Position numbers and translations under genes: made by a program
Source: Eledone cirrhosa
Taxonomy: Eukaryota
Assembly (NCBI GenBank): GCA_964016885.1
Contig: OZ024740.1
Coordinates: 344,348,001-344,412,000 of the forward strand
Reading direction: 5' to 3'
Length of the DNA stretch: 64,000 nt
In this document: positions 13,286 through 26,156 of the stretch, in pieces
How the letters are laid out: each line of letters opens with the position of its first letter
How positions within the stretch are numbered: the stretch's first letter is position 1
Notes under the pieces: generated by a model
What the model saw: the letters and a program-made list of their open reading frames with translations, nothing else
Databases searched by the model: none
What the model was told of the DNA's origin: nothing

Positions 13286-14140
13286 ATATGTATATATATA
13301 CATACATAGAAATAAATCATATATATATATATATATAAATGTATATGTGTGCGTGTATGTGTTTACGTTTTCCTGTAAAACGCTATACTGTAAATGTAAT
13401 ATGAAGCTTTTAGCACTGGTTACTTTGATTAGAGATGCGAAAATATTCGTATGGCGTGATTTATAAAATATTTTCTGGTGCGTAAGCAGTTACAGGGATT
13501 TTCCTTTACATCATATCCTTTTGCTTTATTTTGTATGTTACTCGCTATTATTGTTGTAAACGTGTTCCAATTCACGACTGTTTCTGGATATGGATTTGCC
13601 ATAAGATATTTGCAGAGATTGCTTCTCCATGCATTCGTAGTGAGTGTCTTTGGACGTTTTGTTTGTTCAGGTTGAGATACAAAACTGTTTCCTTCATCTG
13701 CTTAGTAATATTTTGGTTGGTTTCTCATTTTGAAATCGATGAGTTGCTGCCTATAGAATTCATATATCCTTTCGAGATTTCATAGCAATATTTACAAAAT
13801 TTAGTGTAATATTTTGTGTTCAAGCATTTAAAATATTGTTATTATTGTTATTATTCGTGACAATTGACTATTCATACTATATCTCGTTGTATCAAGAAAT
13901 GACGGCGTTAGATTTTTTAAACGCTATGTTGTGAACTTTTCGGTACTTGGCTGTTCTGTTTTGCATGTCATATAAAGACGAACGTGATCGTTACTTCACA
14001 TGACATTCATGTAGTTTCTAAAAGCATTAAGGTGATGTGGTAAATAAATATATATATATGCATATACATTAGATCCGAACACAATGGGACCCAACTCCCA
14101 TTGTCACTGCCTCCGTTTCTCCCACGCTCCCAATTTCTCA

Positions 14141-14470
14141 CTATGACCACCCCACGGTCACGGTGGACAGAATAAAGAAGGCGTTTCCCCGGAGGATGGT
14201 GAAGGACAAGTGATGGAGGAACCATTTCAGCTCACGAGGCTCACACCTGCCGGTAGCTGACTCTGTGCCGATGGTGGGGAGTAGGGAGGTGGTCCTAGGG
14301 CCAAGGGCACTAGAAGTCTCCACTGCTATGCGCTCGATCGCAAGCCTTTCGGCGAGCGAGCGATATTTAGAGAGTTTACCCTCCTTGCCTCAAAGAGCAT
14401 CAGAGCCTGTGTTAGACGCAGGTTGCACCAGCTTGCCGCTGGAGAATGTGTCGCTGCATGTGGTATTTAT
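14141..14470 (-). pseudogene. 3' fragment of a CRE-clade non-LTR retrotransposon (RLE domain C-terminus)
   Basis: Translation TTCSDTF...KLSKYRSL...IAVETSSALGP...EPRELKWFLHHLSFTILRGNAFFILST matches the CRE pattern D.TC.DT...K..KY...P.AVET.G...L.Q.LS.AIQRGNA. Confidence 0.75.
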
Positions 14471-14979
14471 AATTCTGTGTATTTCACGGAAGATTGAGCG
14501 TTAGTTTTGTACACATAGACGTAATGTATATATTTTAACCCTAGAATAGCTAGGTGTTTTAGGGGCTCCATAAACTCCATATGCAATGAGCAGAGAATCT
14601 GGCAGAAATATAGTCTCTTCGTAAACGAACATGTCTTCATTACAAAAAGGTAGCTGATCTCAATATTTCCCGAGGCTATACCAAAATAGATAGAAGGTAA
14701 TCGATAATCGATTACTTAGACCGATTTTAAATCTGGTTCTAGGATCTATAAAACGGCGTCATAAGGAATATAATGAATTTTCTAACTTACAGTGTATGAT
14801 GTTTTCTAAATATTATAAGATTTATATATATGTATAAAATAGTATGTGTTTTTCTAATGATATATGGCTATATGCATACATTAGAAACACAAAAATTTGA
14901 ATTATTGATTTTTAATGAGAAACATATTCATCATAGAAATGATATGTTATGATTCTTTAAATTAGTATATATATATATA

Positions 14980-15790
14980 TGGAAGTTCAGCAGAATCGAA
15001 GCTTTGTCTGCGGCCAAGCTAACGAATAAGCTCTCAATAAGGTAGTTTCACCTTCGAATAATTATTTCTACTTTTGGCACAAGGCCGGCAAATACCCAGT
15101 GCATTACTGGTACTTAATTTTTCGACCCGTAAGGATGAAAGGCAAAGTTAACCTCGGCGGGATTTGAACTCAGAATGGCAAGGGGCGTAACTCTATGCGT
15201 CAAAGCATGGCGTCCGACCCTCTACCGATACTGCCAATCCAAGGATAATAACATACGTTTAGACAGCTTGACAAATTGAAGACTGCGACCGGTGAGCCAG
15301 CCACAAGGACCTAAGCAACGAGAAAACCAACTGAGGATAATATGATAAACCTGGACCATCCCGTTGATATAATGCAATATCTCCGGTATGTTTCTGTGAA
15401 ATCGATATCAACAAATCCACTTGCGGGGTATGCAAGTTTTTGGTTTCGGAAGATCGAACAGAGAGTTCACTTTATTAACAGGGTTCCGTTCAGTGCCGCG
15501 GACGGATGTGAATTATAGCAGTAAGACTGCTGGCGGTCACGTGGTTTTCCCAAAGGGGGGTAACCCCCGGTTTTGGCGGTCGAAATTCAAATTTTGAACA
15601 AAGGAATAAATTCCTTTCCACAAACCGAATAAAGCTCTCGACCAGAGGTTATTTAACAAACATAAATAATTAACCAATCAATAGAATTGTCTAATTAAAT
15701 TAATTAATCAATCATTAAGTCTAGGAGATAATAATACAAATGGAAGTTCAGTAGAATCGAAGCTCTGGCTGCGGCCAAGCTAACGAAATA
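14980..15790. repeat. Unclassified element bounded by ~50-bp direct repeats, interrupted by a SINE
   Basis: ATGGAAGTTCAG(C/T)AGAATCGAAGCT..T..CTGCGGCCAAGCTAACGAA at ~14979-15028 and ~15740-15788. Confidence 0.5.
15059..15241 (-). mobile_element. tRNA-derived SINE
   Basis: Reverse complement of the 332-530 family. Confidence 0.85.
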
Positions 15791-16312
15791 AATATATAAA
15801 AGATATATATATGTGTATGCTAAATATATATAAATATATGCGCACACATTTATCTATCTATTTTGATATCTGTTTATAATCAATCGATTTTATCAGTCCT
15901 TCTCTATCGACCTATCAAATTATTTCACACATTATGTGCGTTAAAATGCTACGAACAGAACTTTTTATATTACATTTCATCCAGAATGTGTTCCAGGGGT
16001 TAGATGTGGAAGTTCTAAAGAAAACTAATTTGTAGAACCTAATAAATTAGACAATACTAACTTAACCCCGTTTATTCAATTTATTTTTAGCGTATCTTCG
16101 ATTTCTTTTTCTGTATGCTATTTTGTTTATATTATTTTCACTTACAATGTCCACGCAAACACACACTCTCTCTCTCTTTCTCTATGTATTTCTCTTGCAT
16201 TATATATACATTTATGAATAATTGTTATATATATATATATTATATATATATAATATATAACATATACATATATTTTATATATATATATATATATTATATA
16301 TTATATATACAT

Positions 16313-16430
<118 letters not shown>

Positions 16431-16433
16431 ATT

Positions 16434-16516
<83 letters not shown>

Positions 16517-16520
16517 TTGC

Positions 16521-16582
<62 letters not shown>

Positions 16583-16624
16583 AAATATATATACATATAT
16601 ATATATTTGCATATATATATTTGC

Positions 16625-16676
<52 letters not shown>

Positions 16677-16977
16677 TCATCTTGCTTCGCTGAAGTCAAC
16701 TCCCTTTGTACATTCGCCTGTTAAATATTCTAGTCTTTCGTCCAACTTTACTTTGTTTCTTTTTTCATCTTGTCTTCCTTAATTCATTTACGCCTTTCCT
16801 CTTTCACTTGATATTTTTATCTTTATTTTAATTATTCCGTACCTTTCTTTTGGTATATCTAATTCCGTTTATCGTTAAATTGGTCTGTTTTTTATTAGGC
16901 CTTTTTTTTCTCTAATCTCTTTTTATTTTGCTCCTGTACTTGTCTGCGTGAATGCGTATATGTACATACATACATGC

Positions 16978-17064
<87 letters not shown>

Positions 17065-17196
17065 GTGTATATATATATATATATATGCGTGTATGTATAA
17101 TGTATATATATATATATGTGTGTGTATGTATATATATATAAATGTGTGTGTATGTATATATGTAAGTATGTATATATATATATATATATACACACA

Positions 17197-17271
<75 letters not shown>

Positions 17272-17289
17272 CTTAGGTTCCTTGTTTAT

Positions 17290-17870
17290 TTTGCATCTGA
17301 TGTTGTTTTGTTGTTGCCACTATTCAATTTTCTGGATTTGGAAGAGTGCCAAAGTCCATTAGAATCCAGACTGCTTTATTCATCTATTTTACTTAATCTT
17401 TTCATCTAATTAATTCCCATTCCTTTACACTCGTCTATAGCCGTCAATCTAAAATGTCCAATCAAATCAAATAATCTATCACGTGTACAAGAGTTCAGGC
17501 TATCTAGAAATCTTATCAAATACATTTACAAATTCATTGTATTTGGCTTACCCAGCCTTACGTGGTCGATTCTCTGCCGTTATTACTATTCTATCTCTGT
17601 ATCCATAAATTCTTCACTCTGTCTATCCGTCTATTTGCCTCTCTTGTTTTTCATTATTGCATTCTCGTATAGCTTGCTTACACTTATACCCCCTTTCTTT
17701 GTCGTCACACTTGCATTGATCCCGTAGATAGTCTTCTGCAATCATTTTTCTAATTTTTCTTCGATGGACACGGGTCATGGGGCTAAAAGTTCTCATCGTA
17801 TACTGCCCTCTTTCAAACATTGTTTCACCTCGCTGCAACTTTATTAACCTTTTAAGACTTACTATTTAAT
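17290..17870 (-). pseudogene. Highly decayed LINE RT fragment
   Basis: Minus strand EFVNVFDKI resembles the DF.KAFD.V RT motif; otherwise degenerate. Confidence 0.35.
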
Positions 17871-18011
17871 GGACACGAACATTTTTTTTTTCATTGCTAA
17901 TAATATTTCTCTACAGAGTAGAGAAGCAGAATACGTTATTTCACAATACCTTCTCTTAATTTTCTCCCAGTGAGTTCAGAACCGTCCAAATTTGACGTAA
18001 CCGTTAACTTA

Positions 18012-18077
<66 letters not shown>

Positions 18078-18138
18078 GTGCACACAGATATAGACAAACA
18101 CACACACTTATATATATAAATACGCATATATATATATA

Positions 18139-18220
<82 letters not shown>

Positions 18221-18266
18221 TTTGTATACGTACATACATACATATATGTATACAGACGTACAGTAG

Positions 18267-18312
<46 letters not shown>

Positions 18313-18453
18313 CATGCACACATATGTATATGTACGTATGGATTCACCGAACATTTATTATAATGCTCGGTGTGTTTGTAAACAAACATCCCGAATTAAG
18401 CAGTACAGTGTCTAGCAACCATCGTTGCTCATTTGTTCAACATTGACAAAGGA

Positions 18454-18496
18454 ACGCTGTACTAGTTTCAAGCTTATTAGCTATCGTCAGCAACGT
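18454..18496 (-). ncRNA. Minimal type I hammerhead ribozyme
   Basis: ACGUUG-CUGACGA-UAGC-uaauaa-GCUU-GAAA-CUAG-UA-CAGCGU. 6-bp stem I, palindromic stem III (ACUAGU), GUA cleavage triplet. Confidence 0.8.
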
Positions 18497-18891
18497 ATAC
18501 CTTCCTGCCAGATGGTTGAACGTCTGAAAGTATATACTTTCCTTATGCATATTAACGGCTGAGCAGCCTAATTTGCATATCGAGTGAGTTAATCGGCCGG
18601 GGTACCGAAAACGATAAACGGAAAAAAATGAAACGAAATTTCATTTCTCACTCGTAGTACGGCTGTTACTTAAATATAAGTATGTATACGTACATACATA
18701 TATGTATACAGACATACAGTAGTATGTATATATATATATATATATACATACATGCGCACATATATATATGTACGTATGGATTCACCGAACATTTATTATA
18801 ATACTCGGTGTGTTTGTAAACAAACAACCCGAATTAAGCCGTACAGTGTCTAGCAACCATCGTTGCTCATTTGTGCAACACTGACACAGGA

Positions 18892-18934
18892 ACGCTGTAC
18901 TAGTTTCAAGCTTATTAGCTATCGTCAGCAACGT
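18892..18934 (-). ncRNA. Minimal type I hammerhead ribozyme (copy 2)
   Basis: Identical to 18454-18496. Confidence 0.8.
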
Positions 18935-19084
18935 ATACCTTCCTGCCAGATGGTTGAACGTTTGAAAGCATAAACTTTCATTATGCATATTAACGGCTGA
19001 GCATCCTAATTTGCATATCGAGTGAGTTAATCGGCCGGGGTACCGAAAACGATAAACGGAAAAAATTAAACGAAATGAAAGGAC

Positions 19085-19280
19085 ATTAGTAGAGGCAGTA
19101 TCGGTAGAGGGTCGCACGCCTTGTTTGGAGCATGGAGTTACGGTCCTTTTATGATCTGTGTTCAAATCCCACCGAGGTTAACTTTGCCTTTCATCCTTAC
19201 AAAGTCGATAAAATAAAGTACCAGTCACGCACTGGGGTCGATTTAGTCGACTTTCCCCTCCCCAAAATTGCTGGCAACTG
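19085..19280 (+). mobile_element. tRNA-derived SINE (long variant)
   Basis: B box GTTCAAATCCC, core TTTGCCTTTCATCCTTAC, and the 3' extension also seen at 1-120. Confidence 0.8.
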
Positions 19281-21110
19281 CTGGTTCTTCCTTTACTCCC
19301 AGTACGTTGGACTGTCCATATTACAGCTATACGACTAAATGGTGTTTAGTGTTGGATCGAATCACGTAACCTATCCATCACCATATGTTCTGCATTATTT
19401 CTTCATTTATAAGGTCGGTGGATTGGCAGTATCGGTAAAGGGTCGGACGCCATGCTTTGACGCATAGAGTTACGGCCCTTGCCATTCTGAGTTCAAATCC
19501 CGCCGAGGTTAACTTTGCCTTTCATCCTTACAGGGTCGATAAAATAAAGTACCAGTAATACACTGGGTAATTGCTGGCCTTGTGCCAAAAGTAGAAATAA
19601 TTATTTCTTCATTTATATAGGGTTATTTTCTTATGTCTTCAACCACTTTATTTCCAACATTATTGGAGAAATTGTTCACTACATTTCTTCGGAACTCTTT
19701 ATTTCCCAAATCTCTACATGTAAGAAATAGATTGATTGTTGTGTCATAATTTTCTCGTGTATTGTTCAATTACTATTAGTTCAATGTTTGTATGAATCAC
19801 CAATATATTTTATTTACAAACATTTGTAAACATTACTAGTGCTTAATTTGTCTTTCCAAATTTTTCATTTAATTTAGTTCTCCATATACAACACTTTTTA
19901 TAAGAGTTCCAAGAAATTCAAACTTATTTACCTCTTCTAATATGCGCCTATTCAATGACATTTCTTTTATGAGCTCGATGTATCTATATGATTCTAATTT
20001 CATTTATGTTTAGATCTAAATCCTCCCGATTGCTTATTCAATCAAGTTTTAATATCTCTTTTTTTTTTTGCTACACCGTTGCTTAATTCAACAACATTCT
20101 TTGTATGTTTGATGTTTCATTACTAAGTAAACAATGTTATCTGTTTAATACAAATCCGTCAAGTTCTTCCGGAAAATATATTCTGTTCTTTCTTTACCAT
20201 CTCCGATTGTTTCCTTTATGACTGAACACTTTCACATAACTCTCCAAGCCCCGATTCAATGTCATTTGAGAGATAACCAATTACACACATTCAACATCCT
20301 CGATGTATTGCACAAAATAGATTGACAGTTTTTGTCAAACCATAATAAGACAGTACTTTCCAATCTATAAACATATGTACACTATCAAACTATACCTCAG
20401 CATCACCAAAAGGCATTATCGAAGGCTCTCTGATTTCGAGGCAATTTTTCGTATTATGCTTCAGCAAACGTTATTATAATCATAGGACACCTGCTTGTGT
20501 TCCTCTGAGTAGATATGTTAATGCAATTTGTATCCTATTCATAATATCCAACTTGTACCATTGTAATACTATACCCATATGATTGCTACGCTCTCTCAGA
20601 TACCTCTCTATATGTTATCATTGTCATTACACCAACTTCCCAATCTTCAGGCATGCGTTCAATATTGTAAATAGTACAATATAGTAAGAATAATGCTCTT
20701 ATAATCACGTGCTTATCTGTTTTCAACATTATTAATACAATTCTATTTAATCCAGAAGCCTTTCAGTTTTTAATTACTCAATGGCTCCTTCTATTTCTTC
20801 AATAGATATTTCATATATAGCCGCTTTTAGTTTTTCTTGTACTTCAGGAATTATCGGAGCATTTCTTCCATTAAATGCCTTGGTCATGACTGTATTAAGA
20901 TGTTCTTTCCATCTTTCTCAGATGTTTATATATGATGTTATTAGTTCACCATCAATACATATTCTTTTTGATTTCTTTACTTTGCCTCTAATCTCATTTA
21001 TTATTTCACAAGCTTTCCTGATTCCCCTACTGTCTCATGTATTCAGTAGTTTATCGGCTTCATCAGCTTTCGCTTCCAAGTATCTCCTTTTATCTCTTAC
21101 ACAACACCTT
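19280..21110 (-). pseudogene. Very old RTE-like LINE remnant
   Basis: T-rich plus strand (A-rich coding strand) with scattered remnants such as a GRP-like 3' end and a G.KQG.P-like motif. No intact ORF. Confidence 0.35.
19413..19599 (+). mobile_element. Full tRNA-derived SINE with target-site duplication
   Basis: Flanked by ATTATTTCTTCATTTATA at 19394-19411 and 19600-19617. Confidence 0.9.
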
Positions 21111-21148
21111 TAGTTGGGAATCCAATGTCAAGCTATGTCCCACTCATT

Positions 21149-21270
21149 TTTCTTCTTCTTCTTCTTCTTCTTCTTCTTCTTCTTCTTCTTCTTCTTCTTC
21201 TTCTTCTTCTTCTTCTTCTTCTTCTTCTTCTTCTTCTTCTTCTTCTTCTTCTTCTTCTTCTTCTTCTTCT
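21149..21270. repeat. (TTC)n microsatellite
   Basis: About 40 uninterrupted units. Confidence 0.95.
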
Positions 21271-21569
21271 CCTCCTCCTCCTTCCCCACCCCTTTCCCTT
21301 CCGTTACGTGCTGTACTGTGCATCGGACGGTATTTGGATGGATTCAGTAACATATCAGTTTTCTATGGGAAGAGTTTGCTAGCTACTCGCACACCTCGTT
21401 TCCGTTTCTGGAGAAAATGACGTTGTGAGTGATCCCACACGACATATCTCTTAGAACGGCAAAAACGTAGCCGATTTCCAGTGGTATATACAAAGTGATA
21501 AAGAAGAGAGGAATGTGAGAAATAAACAGACGAGTAGAGAAAAAGAGAATGATTTCTCTAGTATGCGGC

Positions 21570-21710
21570 TCGTATTTTATTTATCGACTCCATGAGCATG
21601 AAAGCGAAAGTTGACCTCAGAGGTATTAGAGTTGAAAGCGTAGAGAGCCGGAACAAATATCGTAAAGCAATCTAACCAACATACTAACAGCTCTGTCAAT
21701 TTGACGCCTT
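21570..21710 (-). mobile_element. Old SINE copy
   Basis: Degenerate TTTATTTATCGAC...ATGAAAG...AAAGTTGACCTC, the reverse of the family core. Confidence 0.6.
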
Positions 21711-22432
21711 CTGATGTAAGCCCCATTTTATTTCTTTTCCAGCTTTCAACATTTAGTTTCGTTCGTTTTGTGTCTTAAATCCGTTGTGTCCTAAATCCGT
21801 TGAAAATAAAATTGCTGCAAGTAAATATTCCCAAGCATATGTCTTGTGTATTGCTATAATAGTCTCTTGGTAGACTTAGATAAATAGCAATAGCCACAGT
21901 CTACACCACATACTACAAATCAAACCTGGATAGGAAAATATTAATGGAAGATACCTCTATACAATACAGAATTCCCTATACAGACGCATGATTAATTATA
22001 GAAGCGTTGCTCGTAATGTAAGTCCATGCTAAAGTAAAAACATTAACATCTTGCACAGATTGTAATATTTAAAGTTGTATAACTGTTTACCAATACATAC
22101 AGCGATCAAAACTGGAATTTCACATTACCTACCGTAAAATATGTAATCACGTAAGCCAGAATGACTTCACATTCTGAAGATGAAACGGTTAAAGTCTAGA
22201 AATATTTTTAGAAATATTTTTCCTCCAAACAAGAAGAAAACAAGAACTAAAAAATACTCAGAAACAAGAACTAAAAAATACTCAGAAATGTGAATAAATT
22301 ATTGAATATAATATATTATATATGTGTTAAAGTTTTGTTAAAATCATGTGCCTGTATATATATACAGAGAGAGAAAGAGTGAGTGCTCTGATAGCTATTT
22401 CGTACATTCGACAAGAAACCTTAGCCAAACAC

Positions 22433-22494
<62 letters not shown>

Positions 22495-22619
22495 ATATCC
22501 ACGGTTAGTTGTGGGGGTCTAGTCTGCATGAAGAACTCAATGTAATCCATATGTTGAAAATGTTGTAGGTTAAAATAAATCCCGGAAAACAATAAAACAT
22601 CAAAAGGAAGACAGTCATG

Positions 22620-22998
22620 ATATAAGTTAAAACAATGAAATAAAAATTCAAGTCATTAGGAATATACTTCACTGCTTTACGATCGTTTCTAGGTGATAAT
22701 AATACATCGTACGCATATTTCGTTATCGATCTATTTAAGGTTAGTTACAAAATTTCAAATAAGGAATATATTTACCTACGTGTATACCATCAGCCGTTGT
22801 CAAAAGCAATTCCTTTTGACAACGGCTGATGGTATACACGTAGGTAAATATATTCCTTATTTGATATTTTGTAACTAACCTTACATAGATCGATAACGAA
22901 ATATACGTATGATGTATTATTATCACCTAGAAACGATCGTAAAGTATTGAAGTATATTTCTAATGACTTGATCTTTTATTTCATTGTTTTATCTTATA
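22620..22998. repeat. Long fold-back palindrome (~185-bp arms) containing an HHR 3' half
   Basis: Centre ~22809 (AAAAG-CAATTC-CTTTT). Each arm carries GAAACGATCGTA reading outward. Confidence 0.85.
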
Positions 22999-23014
22999 TA
23001 TATATATATATATA

Positions 23015-24018
23015 CTAGCAGCAGTACCCGGCGTTGCCTGGGTAGGTAAAATAATATCTACTTTGATGAAAAGGTGTTGTCTTTGGCGACTGCTTCTCGA
23101 TGACTCATCTATGGCCACACACAGGCCATGCGGGGGAGGGTAGTGATGACCTCTATCATTGAGAAACGCGGGTGACTGACGAAGGGGCATGCTGAGGGAG
23201 GGAGGTAATGACACTAAGCCAAATTTCCCCACGCTACTTGATTGGAAACCGATGAATTCTCAAATGGAGAACTAAAAGCGCAGACGACGTCAGTAGCCAT
23301 CGTTTTGCCTTTGACCATCTATAAGATGTGCAATGATAGGTTCTATCGTAGTATAAAAGTTGAACCAAATAAATTGATTTATATGTGAGGTGGAGTCGAA
23401 GTTTCGAATTTGAAAGAAAATCGGTTGAAAAATGTGGGAGCTAGAACTGAAAAGGCGGAAATTTGAGAGAAAAGGTGTTATTTTCGAATATTTAAGCGGC
23501 TGCCACTCCGTTCCTGAACAGAAAATCCAAAATGTAAAGCCACTTTAAAACGTGAAATAATCAGATCTAGTGTAATATTTGAACAAAGTAGGTTGATTAA
23601 TGTGGGAGCTAGAGCCGAAAAAGTGGAAATTTGAATCTAAAAGTAGTATTTTTTAATATTTAAGCGGCTGCCACGCCATCCCTGAACGACAAATGCTAAA
23701 TATGCATTACAGGATGCATTACAGGATGCGCAATGATAAATTCTATTTTGCTTTAAAATTTGAACGAAATCAGTGGCAAAATTTGGGAGCTAGAGCCAAA
23801 AATCTTATTTTTCGATACCTAAAAATAGGTGACACCCCTATCGATTTTTTTCTGCAGAATGACCCCGAAATAAAAATAATACGATACGCTGATATATAGG
23901 AAACACTCCCCGATGACTAATATATGAGCCTGTAAAGATTCATGAAAATCGGTCGTAAGATGTAGGCCCCTATATGTAATACACAGACACACAGCACTTA
24001 ATTTTATATAAATACAGA
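23015..24018 (-). mobile_element. Non-autonomous Helitron
   Basis: Minus strand begins TC(TGTATTTATATAAAA) and ends with a CCCAGGCAACGCCGGG hairpin then CTAG. Inserted between A and T with no TSD. Internal ~170-bp subrepeats. Confidence 0.85.
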
Positions 24019-24387
24019 TGTGTGTGTTTGTCTGTATGTGTATACATATAATAGCATACACACACACGCACATATATATATATGTATAGTTATTCGGAGA
24101 AAAATCATAGTGTTAATTATTTTTGGACTATTAATGAATGCTTTGTAGAAAAATATGTGCTCCATAAGGAAAATGATGTTATAGCATGAAACCAGTGTTG
24201 CACCAAACGACAGATACATCACGAACGCTGTTGGTGTCTCACGCACAAGCGCTTACATGCGACTGCACATCAAGTTTCATGCGGGGAATGTTGGAACTTA
24301 TGCCGCCTGTCACTCATGTATGATATTCATTTACTCCATTAAAAAGAAATTAATCCCTCCAAAGTCATGAGTTAGATTCCACTTAAG

Positions 24388-24511
<124 letters not shown>

Positions 24512-24512
24512 G

Positions 24513-24571
<59 letters not shown>

Positions 24572-24624
24572 TTTCTGAATTTGTTTAGCAAGATTCTTTA
24601 TCTGAAAACGTGTGTTGAAACCGA

Positions 24625-25094
24625 TATTATTATTCTTTGGGAGGGTCAGGTTGCCAATAACAAACACACGCACCAATAGCTTTCACTCCAATTTATTATA
24701 AATTAAATTTATAAATTTAAGAATTTATAAATTTCCGGTTGGTTGGTTGGTTCCACAAATAAATAAACAAATATAAACACTCACAGACAATCGGATGTAA
24801 CACATGTGCAAACTAAGCACACAACACACACAAAAACAAGATGGCGTAGGACAGAACAAAGGAGAGGCACAAAAACAAAGAAAAGAAAAGAATCACCAGT
24901 CACTGAAGAGGTCACATAATGTGTGACGAAAGAACTTTGACAATATATAAACAATCATCTGGTTGTGGAACCAACCAACCAACCGGAAATTTATAAATTC
25001 CTAAATTTATAAATGTATTATAATAAATTGAAGTGAAAGCAATTGGTGTGTGTGTTTATTATTGGCAACATGACCCTCCCAAACTATAACAATA
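24625..25094 (+). mobile_element. Inverted-repeat element (~130-bp arms) with an HHR in the spacer
   Basis: 24625-24758 is the reverse complement of 24963-25094. Confidence 0.75.
24899..24941 (+). ncRNA. Minimal type I hammerhead ribozyme
   Basis: GUCA-CUGAAGA-G-GUCACA-uaaug-UGUGAC-GAAA-GAAC-UU-UGAC. Confidence 0.65.
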
Positions 25095-25109
25095 TATATA
25101 AAAAAAAAG

Positions 25110-25322
25110 GAACGATCGACTTTCTTCAAATCGGACCGAGGGAACAATGTTTCCATTGGTCTTTCCAATCGCTAATACTATCTATCGGTCGCAACTCCAG
25201 GTAGAAGGAGCAACGTGAAATAAAGTGTCTTGCTCAAGGACATAACGCATCGCCTGGTCCAGGAATCGAACTCACAACCTTACGATTGCGAATCCAATTC
25301 TCTAACCACTCAGCCACACGCC
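25110..25322 (-). mobile_element. CORE-type tRNA-derived SINE
   Basis: Minus strand GGCGTGTGGCTGAGTGGTTAG (A box)...GAGTTCGATTCC (B box)...GTCCTTGAGCAAGACACTTTATTTCAC (CORE-like). Confidence 0.8.
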
Positions 25323-25372
25323 ATATATATTTATATACATATATGTATATATACATATATATATAGATACAT

Positions 25373-25419
<47 letters not shown>

Positions 25420-25432
25420 TATATATAGATAT

Positions 25433-25490
<58 letters not shown>

Positions 25491-25512
25491 GTGGTTACAC
25501 ATATAACCATGT

Positions 25513-25562
25513 CCATTACGAGCTGAGGATCCGCTAAGGTGAAACAATTATTCTCGGTATGG
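25513..25562 (+). ncRNA. Degenerate type I hammerhead
   Basis: CGAG-CUGAGGA-UCC-gcuaa-GGU-GAAA-CAAUUA-UU-CUCG, enclosed by a 15-bp inverted repeat (25487-25501 / 25575-25589). Confidence 0.5.
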
Positions 25563-25685
25563 TGAACTAACTGTTGTGTAACCACTTCTACCTAACTCGT
25601 CACATGGACTGACTGCTCTACCACTACGGATGTTACCTTCCAGTGTTCTACCACTATATATATATATATATATATATGTGTGTGA

Positions 25686-25735
<50 letters not shown>

Positions 25736-25799
25736 AATTAGATGATTCAGTAGAATTGTAGCAATATTAGCAAACAATGCTACAGCAGAGTGGTAGATA

Positions 25800-26082
25800 T
25801 TAAGAAGAAAACGAACTTTCACATTTAGGATTTTATTGATTAGGCTCAGTTACTAACGTTTCACAAAAGCGTGACTAATGATTCATATTAGTGTCACAGG
25901 CCTAACTCCAGCTCCAATCACCTCAGATGAGATTTTGGTTTTGCCTGATTAACAGGTCTGGTTATCAGATTGGGACTGGCATCTGGCCTTCGTCATTAAT
26001 GTGGATACTGAGTCACTTATCAGTATAACATTCGTAACTGAGCTTAAAAACCTAAATGTGAAAGCAAGTTTTATTCTTAATT
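25800..26082. repeat. Imperfect inverted repeat (~60-bp arms)
   Basis: CTTTCACATTTAGG...GCTCAGTTAC is mirrored by GTAACTGAGC...CCTAAATGTGAAAG. Confidence 0.6.
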
Positions 26083-26090
26083 TGTATATA

Positions 26091-26156
<66 letters not shown>

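Larger units (their letters stand above)
18215..19078 (-). mobile_element. Tandem dimer of a ~438-bp non-coding HHR-bearing unit (retrozyme-like or Penelope pLTR-derived)
   Basis: Direct repeat with HHR period 438 bp, one type I HHR per unit, no real ORF, starts in (TA)n. Confidence 0.8.

Noticed and set aside
14536-14600. TTAACCCT piggyBac-like terminus
   Set aside because: No matching opposite end found.
23430-23800. Spaced repeats as a CRISPR-like array
   Set aside because: Internal subrepeats of a Helitron in eukaryotic DNA; no constant repeat-spacer pattern or cas genes.
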